DNA from: Calditrichia bacterium | GTDB lineage: Bacteria; Calditrichota; Calditrichia; RBG-13-44-9 | Direction: 5' to 3' | DNA: 16,068 bases | Assembly: GCA_037381445.1 (NCBI GenBank) | Contig: JARRQT010000048.1 | Coordinates: forward strand, 1 to 16,068 | In this document: in pieces, positions 6,577 through 13,144 of the stretch | Position numbering within the stretch: position 1 is the stretch's first letter | Layout: each line of letters opens with the position of its first letter | Made by a program: the position numbers and the translations under genes | Notes under the pieces: model-generated | The model's input: only the letters and a program-made list of their open reading frames with translations | The model's database searches: none | What the model was told of the DNA's origin: nothing

Positions 6577-9429
6577 TTAAAATTCTACAGATAAACCAAA
6601 CCTGATATGTCTGGGTGCTTTATATCTTGCCGGATTAAAGGGAAACGGATCGGAAATCGGGTAGAAAAGATCCGGATAAAGGGGATCATTCCAGCTTATG
6701 GGAGTTGGATCGCCATACTGGTATGCATCGCCCGTTACACTATTTATGATATCAGGACTTTTGTAATTAAAGAGATTCGTCACTTCAATGCTGAAGATAT
6801 ACCTTAATCCCTTTAATTCGAAAAATTTCCGGATGCTCAGGTCTGCCCACTGCCAGTATTTCCCAAGCTCGCTATACCTTTTTGTCTGATCCTCCACCTG
6901 CGTGTAGACCGGTCGTCCGTCTTCCGGCCGATCATACTGGAAAACAACCGGGGTGTAACGCTTGCCTGCCATTCCGAACCAGCGGAAATTAATGTTCATA
7001 TCCTCCAAAAATCTTATGCCAAACAGCCGGGGTCCTTCTCCTCTCAGCACCCGCCAGTTCATATTCATCTGGAGCTGCCAGGGCCGGTCCCAAACGGCAT
7101 ATGTTTCCTTGATGGGTTCTTCATCAATGCTTCCGTTGGCTACCAGCAAACCGACATCCGGCGAAGATGATTTTGTGGTAGTGATGGAATATGAACCGCT
7201 GACATTTCCGGTAAAATGCTTTCCGATACGGGTCTTATATTCCGCTTCTATTCCGCGGGAACGGGCATAATCCAGGTTAAGATAAAAAATAGCCGATCCG
7301 ATCCGCGGGATCCCTACCACAGAAGTGGTCTGGACATAATCGAAAATATCCTTATAATAACTGGTAACGCTGACGACATCGTTTTCAGTAAACTTATGCC
7401 GGATTCCCAGTTCATAGATTACCGAGGTTTCGGGATTAAGATTGGGATTCCCGAATTTCTGATAAGCCGATTTTGAACTGCTTCCGCTGAGCTTGGCGTA
7501 CACAAACTGCGGTTTGGGACGTTTGGAAAAATGTCCGTAATTGAAAAACAACATCTCGTTGTCGGAGATCGGATGCGATACACCCAGACGCGGCATCAGG
7601 CGCATCTTAAAGCGTTCGCCGAAAAGTTTAAAGGTGTTATCCTTGTATTGCTGCCGCATGGCATCGGTCAGCAGATTTGTGGTATCTTCGATGGCCCTGT
7701 CCACAAATTTTCCCGGGGCCCAGTAATCCAGGCGCAGACCGGTATTCAGATAGAATCCCTCAAACTTGATATCGTCCTGCAAATAAAAAGCACCGTCGGC
7801 GGGATAAACTCTGTAAATATCCTGACTGGAACCGAATCCTCCTTCCAGCCACGGATCGATGATATCGACCATCTGCATCTCTTTATAAGAAGATTCGAAT
7901 CCGCCCTTCAGCGTATGAATATTTCCGATGCGGGTGGTCAAGTCTCCTTTGAGCGTATACCATTCGATAAAGTGATCATGCCAGAAGGTGGCGTTCCCGT
8001 AATCGATAAATCCGTCGCCCGGCACCACCCTTATCTTACTTGTATCACTGCCTGGCGTATAATAATCCACCGGCAGGCGCGTTACATCCACCGGCCTCAT
8101 ATAATCCGTCCAGGGCAATCCGTTATAATCGGACCTCAGGTGCGCCCAGTACTGGCTGAGCCGTAATTCGTAAAACGTGGTTTTATTTAAAGTGTGAATC
8201 CAGCGGAGTGAAATTTGTTCATTGTCATGCGTATAGGTATTGAACAGATCAAGATTTTTGGAATATTCATAAGGGAAACCGGGTCCGGGTTCCACATATT
8301 CCAGATTGGTCTGCAAAGACTGTTTATTCTGGTTGATGGCAATGGAGCGGTTATAAGAAAATTCCAGGGAGTGGGTTGGGTCGATATTCCAGGTGATCTT
8401 GGCAAGCCCTGACCAGTTATTGTCTTGCCGGGGCGCCAGGGAAGTTGGCGTCAGCAGGTCCCTGCCAAAAAGCGATAGCTGGGGAGAGATAGATGAATAT
8501 AGCTGATGGGCGGTACTGCGTGTATAATCGTCCGAAAGCTGAGAGTAAAAATTCACGAAAAAATACATTTTGCCGGGTATTTTTAATCCTAACGGTTTCA
8601 GAAGGTTATTGGTAATCGGTTCGGGACCGCCCAGATTGAATTCATAGACATCAGAATTAAAGCTCCAGCTTTTATTCCGAAAAACGCCGAAATTATCGGT
8701 TTTGTAGGAAAGGAAACCGGTGAAATGATCTCCACCCGATTTCGTCTTCACATTAATGATACCCGATGTTGCCTGTCCGTATTCTGCCCGGAATCCCCCG
8801 GTAATGACATCGACCTCCTCGATGGCATTGGCGCTGATATTTAGACCAAAACCGGTGCCGGACATCGGATCCTGAACTGAGATTCCATCCAGCATATACT
8901 GCGCTTCGTAGGTCCGACCGCCGCGAATGTGAATTTCGTTGTCCTGCTCCACCACACCAACCTGAGTCTTTACAACTGCCTTGGCGTCCGATAAAATTTT
9001 ATTGGAAATATCCTCACTGGTGACAGTCCTTCGTGTGCTGGTTTCATCCAGCTCAATCAGCGGTTTTTCTCCTACAACAACAATTTCCTGTCCGAGGGCA
9101 AGTGCCGTAGACTCCATCTTCAGGTTGACGGTTTCCGTTTGTCCGGCCTCAACTTTAACGCCTGTCTTTTTAACCACTTTGTACCCGATATAACTCAGCT
9201 CCATCGTGTACTCGCCGGGATTTACATTTCCAATTACATAGAAACCATCCTGATCGGTAGAGGCACCCAGATAGGTTCCCGTAATAACAATGTTGACACC
9301 TATCAAAGGCTCATCCGTTTGCGCATCGGTTATGATCCCCCGAATAGTCCCCGTGCTGTGAGTCTGTGCGAAGCCCGACTGACCGAACAGAAGTATGAGC
9401 AGACTAAATAATATGTAAACTTTTTTCAT
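6577..9429 (-). CDS. TonB-dependent receptor with N-terminal carboxypeptidase-regulatory-like domain
   Basis: Signal peptide MKKVYILFSLLILLFGQSGFA; GTIRGIITDAQTDEPLIGVNIVI; plug motifs IHIRGGR and IEEVDVITGGFRAEYGQATSGIINVKTKSG; barrel motifs GLRLD, PRLGVS, GNPNLNPE, NLFN; C-terminal PRHIRFGLSVEF. Alternative start at 9456. Confidence 0.95.
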   Translation of the reverse strand: MKKVYILFSLLILLFGQSGFAQTHSTGTIRGIITDAQTDEPLIGVNIVITGTYLGASTDQDGFYVIGNVNPGEYTMELSYIGYKVVKKTGVKVEAGQTETVNLKMESTALALGQEIVVVGEKPLIELDETSTRRTVTSEDISNKILSDAKAVVKTQVGVVEQDNEIHIRGGRTYEAQYMLDGISVQDPMSGTGFGLNISANAIEEVDVITGGFRAEYGQATSGIINVKTKSGGDHFTGFLSYKTDNFGVFRNKSWSFNSDVYEFNLGGPEPITNNLLKPLGLKIPGKMYFFVNFYSQLSDDYTRSTAHQLYSSISPQLSLFGRDLLTPTSLAPRQDNNWSGLAKITWNIDPTHSLEFSYNRSIAINQNKQSLQTNLEYVEPGPGFPYEYSKNLDLFNTYTHDNEQISLRWIHTLNKTTFYELRLSQYWAHLRSDYNGLPWTDYMRPVDVTRLPVDYYTPGSDTSKIRVVPGDGFIDYGNATFWHDHFIEWYTLKGDLTTRIGNIHTLKGGFESSYKEMQMVDIIDPWLEGGFGSSQDIYRVYPADGAFYLQDDIKFEGFYLNTGLRLDYWAPGKFVDRAIEDTTNLLTDAMRQQYKDNTFKLFGERFKMRLMPRLGVSHPISDNEMLFFNYGHFSKRPKPQFVYAKLSGSSSKSAYQKFGNPNLNPETSVIYELGIRHKFTENDVVSVTSYYKDIFDYVQTTSVVGIPRIGSAIFYLNLDYARSRGIEAEYKTRIGKHFTGNVSGSYSITTTKSSSPDVGLLVANGSIDEEPIKETYAVWDRPWQLQMNMNWRVLRGEGPRLFGIRFLEDMNINFRWFGMAGKRYTPVVFQYDRPEDGRPVYTQVEDQTKRYSELGKYWQWADLSIRKFFELKGLRYIFSIEVTNLFNYKSPDIINSVTGDAYQYGDPTPISWNDPLYPDLFYPISDPFPFNPARYKAPRHIRFGLSVEF

Positions 9430-9442
9430 TGCAGAACCTGAT

Positions 9443-10840
9443 TTATTTAAATACATCGTTTAAAATCACATCGAAGAAATCATCAAGATTATTATTTCCA
9501 TTCAACTGATGCAGAGGTGTTGCTGAAAAGACAAAATCGTACTGGCCGGTATTATCATTTCTTCCCAGAATGACGAACAGAGGATCAACCGGCGGACTGC
9601 TGGGATCATCAAAACGATACAAGGGAACGGCACCTGCCTTGGGGACCAGGGATTTTACCCCGGCAAAAAACTTGGAAACCTTCAGATCGGGCAGTGCAGG
9701 CAAATCCGGGAAAATTGTATTAAAATCGGTTTGAGGCAGAAATTGATTTCCCGGAAAACAACGGTAATCCCCTTCCAGAGATTTCACCGGAGAAAACGCC
9801 AGGGGGTCGCCCTGAGTGCCGAAACTCTCTGTAAACATTGTCGTGTAAATGATCTTTCCGCCGTTATTCAAAAATGCGGGAATGGCCACCTGGGCCGCAA
9901 TAAAATGTTCATCAGCTTCCTGGGAAATATCAGTATACCAGATTACCCTGTCGAAAAGACTGATCGTCTCCTTGAATTGTTCCGTTGATGCGGGAAACAG
10001 ATCCTCGATGTTCCAGTAGCTGAAATTTTCTCCCATGGGGACAACAACATTATTCATCATCTTTTTATAATAGGCGTCAGGGCTGCCACTTACCGAAGAC
10101 TCCACCTGAAAATCGTCGATAAGAAGATACCGGCCTTTGGGCGCTTTCACATGCCAGAGCTTCGCAGGATTCTGGGGCATCCTGATCGTGGGACTTTTGG
10201 CACCGGCGATATCTATCGCACGGATAGAAAAAGAATGATCCCCCGGCGTCAAACCGTCCTGTTCATTCAGGGTCAGAGATCGCTGATAGCCCGGCAGTGT
10301 TTTCCAGTTTGCGGAATCACCGTCCAGCGCATACTCAAAGCGGTCAATCGTGTTATCTCCGTCAATATCGGAAGCGGTCCAGATAAACGTCGCAACGGTA
10401 AAAGTCGTATCCGGGATTCTGCTGACCACCGTCCAATTTATTGTCGGGGCCGTATTTTTAATCGGAAATCTTTGTACCGCAGGACTTGGATCTTCGGCGC
10501 CGTCATCGTCCACGGCTTTTATCTGGAAGACGTAGGTCGTGTCGTTGCCCAGAATTTCCAGCGGGAAAGTCTTCGTTCTGTCCTTTGTAAACTCCCAATC
10601 CGCCGGCGCGGGATTTTCTTCCCAGGTGTAATAGAAGCCAATTACGACGCCATCCGGGTCCCGTCCGTCCCAGGATATTTTTTGAATGCTGGCGGTCTGG
10701 TTCAAGGTATCTTTGGTGGAAATAAAAACATCCGTTTCCGGGGGAAGGTTTGCGTTCAGACCTCCCTTATCATTTTGGGAACATCCCCACAAAAAAACCG
10801 TAACCAGAGCGAAAAATGACAATCTTTTTAAGAGCTTCAT
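9443..10840 (-). CDS. Uncharacterised lipoprotein: two Ig/FN3-like repeats plus a C-terminal alpha/beta domain
   Basis: Lipobox LWGC. Repeat 1 NLPPET..ISWDGRDPDG..GFYY..YVFQIKAVDDDG; repeat 2 NTAPTI..FIWTASDIDG..RFEY..HSFSIRAIDIAG. C-terminal LLIDD..FDRVIWYT..FLNNGGKIIY. ATG 10840 chosen; GTG 10852 is possible. Confidence 0.8.
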   Translation of the reverse strand: MKLLKRLSFFALVTVFLWGCSQNDKGGLNANLPPETDVFISTKDTLNQTASIQKISWDGRDPDGVVIGFYYTWEENPAPADWEFTKDRTKTFPLEILGNDTTYVFQIKAVDDDGAEDPSPAVQRFPIKNTAPTINWTVVSRIPDTTFTVATFIWTASDIDGDNTIDRFEYALDGDSANWKTLPGYQRSLTLNEQDGLTPGDHSFSIRAIDIAGAKSPTIRMPQNPAKLWHVKAPKGRYLLIDDFQVESSVSGSPDAYYKKMMNNVVVPMGENFSYWNIEDLFPASTEQFKETISLFDRVIWYTDISQEADEHFIAAQVAIPAFLNNGGKIIYTTMFTESFGTQGDPLAFSPVKSLEGDYRCFPGNQFLPQTDFNTIFPDLPALPDLKVSKFFAGVKSLVPKAGAVPLYRFDDPSSPPVDPLFVILGRNDNTGQYDFVFSATPLHQLNGNNNLDDFFDVILNDVFK

Positions 10841-10984
10841 ATAATCGATCACTTTGAAATTATGTTGAAAATCTATATAACTCTATAGTCTATTTACCAA
10901 GAAAAAATCCTGTAAAAACTCAAATTTTCCCGCTTCCCCAACTCCAACTGCGGATTACTTAAAAATTGCAGGGCTGCCTGAGAA

Positions 10985-11026
10985 CAACCGGAGAGCCTCT
11001 CCAGAAGGAACGGACTCTCCGGATTG
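10985..11026 (-). terminator. Strong stem-loop just downstream of the OB-fold gene (weak terminator or 3' stabiliser)
   Basis: Perfect 8-bp arms CCGGAGAG (10988-10995) and CTCTCCGG (11015-11022), extended by G.U pairs valid on the minus-strand RNA; followed only by a broken U-tract (UUGUUCU). Confidence 0.6.
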
Positions 11027-11039
11027 CAAATTTATGCTG

Positions 11040-13055
11040 CTACTTGATTAAGATCATTTTCCGGGTCATAGAGAAATTTTTGCCTTCCAGGCGGTAGAAG
11101 TAAATTCCACTGCCCATTTGGACACCATGATCGTCCCGGCCATTCCAGCGTACCTGGTAATTACCGGGAGAAACGATGTTGTTGAAAAGCGTTCTGATCC
11201 TCTGTCCCAGAACATTGTAAACCGCCAGAGACACCTGTCCCCGGGAAGGCACGGTGAAATGAATATTGGTCACCGGATTGAACGGATTGGGATAGTTCTG
11301 TTCCAGCGTAAAGCTTTTCGCTATCGGATTATGACTTTCCTGAATATCGGACACATGATCCACCACATCATTGGTATCGCGGGGGAGTATTTTATAATTA
11401 GCGTAGCTGTAATAGTGAATTCCTGTCAATTCGCCGATTGTATCATCTTTCTGAAAGGTCGAGTCCAGATTCCCATTAAATGCCGTCATGGCATCATCCA
11501 CACGGATGCCGCCTGTACCGTCATCGATAACAAATTCACCGAAATTCCCGGAAGGATCCGGAAAAGGATTGGTCACCGTCAGATTCTGTACCTTGATAAG
11601 GACGCTTTCATAAGCTTCGGCATCGTCGCCGCCGGTGGTGATATCACCGGTATTTACCAGAACAGGCTCAAACGGGTAATCCTGAGAGACCACTTCATAC
11701 GAGGTAATATCCTCAAGGCGAGTCACGCCATAATCCTCCTGAACCGTACCGGTGATCCTGACCCAATCTCCTTTTACCGGTTTATGATCAGGATCATAAA
11801 CCCAGATGGCATGCCAGGCGCTGTCTTTTTCCTGGATATAGTAGTTATTCACCCAGTCTGTGGTATCAACCGTCACAACACCTTCCAGCGTCACTTCATC
11901 ATACCGGAAAGGTGAACTTCCTTCTTCATAACCCCAGGGATATTGAACATCCTTGATGTTTAACCCTTCGTCGCGCACCACATATTGATAGATGAAGGTG
12001 GCCGTATCGCCCGGTACCTGGGAAAAGTCCTGTTCATCGTCTTCGGCATAGATAAAATAGCGCACATGGGAATTATTGGCCTGCGCAGGAATAACAGCCG
12101 AGAAAGTGGTATCGGTATCAGCGGTCATGTCTATGCCAACAAAATCCCCGTCATTTACACTGTAGTAGACTTTTGCAACTTGAACTACGGTGTTATCCTT
12201 AATTTTTGCGGATACCGTCACCTCATCGGTGGAGAGGGGCACACCAGGCTCTCTGGCGATACTGGAGGTGACCGGCGGGAATGATAATACTTCCACATCA
12301 TTATCATCGCGGGGATTGATCGAGGAAGCTTCAGCGCCAAGGTCTCTCACAAAACCGGTAACATTGACACGTGTGCCATTAACAGGCCAGTCATAGGTCC
12401 CGTCATCAAACTGGTAACGGAAATATCCAAAATAATCATCAATGGATCCCTGACCGGTCCCATCGGTAATGATTGCCTGGTTGCTCGAGGCATTATTATT
12501 GGTAATTCGTGCATCATCCACTCTCACCAGCATGGATTCCCACTGTTCCGCAAGAGCTTTGGTTGCCAGTTGATCCAGTGTCAGAACTTTGGGATCGGGC
12601 AAGGGATTTCCTGCCGAAACAACATCGACCGGAACCAATTCATTTTTGCGGGTTAATAACGCCAGCTGAGTCAAACCGGCATATGTTTCCAGCACACCCG
12701 TAAAATAGGCGATATCACCTGTCTGCAAATACTGGAAATTGGTGTTCACTGCGAAAGTATCATTCTGAATTACAAAAAAACCGGACCAAGGTTCGCCCAG
12801 ACGATCCGGGTCACTGGCAAAGCAAGCCCAACGTGCACCAACCCACAAACCCCGGACATCGTGCATCACCAGTGCTTTTACAACCACCGTATCTCCCAAA
12901 AACGCAGTCTCTTCATCTGTGGTGGTCGGATTTTCAACATACTGCAGATCGTAGATAGATACAGTGTCATATGTGGCAGTCGTCTGCGCGCCGGCAGAAA
13001 ATGCAACACTGAGCACCAGCGCCAGTGCAAACAATACCGTAATTTTCCTGAACAT
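11040..13055 (-). CDS. Secreted protein with duplicated OB-fold modules, a central Ig-like domain and a T9SS type A / FlgD-Ig C-terminal sorting domain
   Basis: Signal peptide ending AGA-Q; internal duplication (SIYDLQY/NIKDVQY, AEQWESMLVRV/AEAYESVLIKV, ITDGTG/IDDGTG, INPRDDNDV/ILPRDTNDV); CTD FTLEQNYPNPFNP..VYNVLGQRIRTL..WNGRDDHG..SGIYFYRL..TRKMILIK. Strong SD TAAGGAGG. Confidence 0.88.
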   Translation of the reverse strand: MFRKITVLFALALVLSVAFSAGAQTTATYDTVSIYDLQYVENPTTTDEETAFLGDTVVVKALVMHDVRGLWVGARWACFASDPDRLGEPWSGFFVIQNDTFAVNTNFQYLQTGDIAYFTGVLETYAGLTQLALLTRKNELVPVDVVSAGNPLPDPKVLTLDQLATKALAEQWESMLVRVDDARITNNNASSNQAIITDGTGQGSIDDYFGYFRYQFDDGTYDWPVNGTRVNVTGFVRDLGAEASSINPRDDNDVEVLSFPPVTSSIAREPGVPLSTDEVTVSAKIKDNTVVQVAKVYYSVNDGDFVGIDMTADTDTTFSAVIPAQANNSHVRYFIYAEDDEQDFSQVPGDTATFIYQYVVRDEGLNIKDVQYPWGYEEGSSPFRYDEVTLEGVVTVDTTDWVNNYYIQEKDSAWHAIWVYDPDHKPVKGDWVRITGTVQEDYGVTRLEDITSYEVVSQDYPFEPVLVNTGDITTGGDDAEAYESVLIKVQNLTVTNPFPDPSGNFGEFVIDDGTGGIRVDDAMTAFNGNLDSTFQKDDTIGELTGIHYYSYANYKILPRDTNDVVDHVSDIQESHNPIAKSFTLEQNYPNPFNPVTNIHFTVPSRGQVSLAVYNVLGQRIRTLFNNIVSPGNYQVRWNGRDDHGVQMGSGIYFYRLEGKNFSMTRKMILIK

Positions 13056-13144
13056 AATTCCTCCTTATGGATTAGTTGAATATTTTAAGTGGAGAACTTA
13101 ATTAATCACCAAATTAATTGGGTCCCTTAAGTTGCTTTCTTCAT

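Noticed and set aside
7531..8166. 211-aa plus-strand ORF and other short ORFs within the TBDR gene
   Set aside because: Antisense or off-frame shadows of the TonB-dependent receptor with no protein-like features.
10151..10819. 222-aa plus-strand ORF
   Set aside because: Arg-rich antisense shadow of the Ig-repeat lipoprotein.
11118..11915. 265-aa plus-strand ORF
   Set aside because: Lies wholly antisense to the well-supported OB-fold/CTD gene; no recognisable motifs; typical shadow ORF.
13085..13119. Short AT-rich inverted repeats between the two CTD genes
   Set aside because: 6-7 bp, almost all A/T; expected by chance at this composition.
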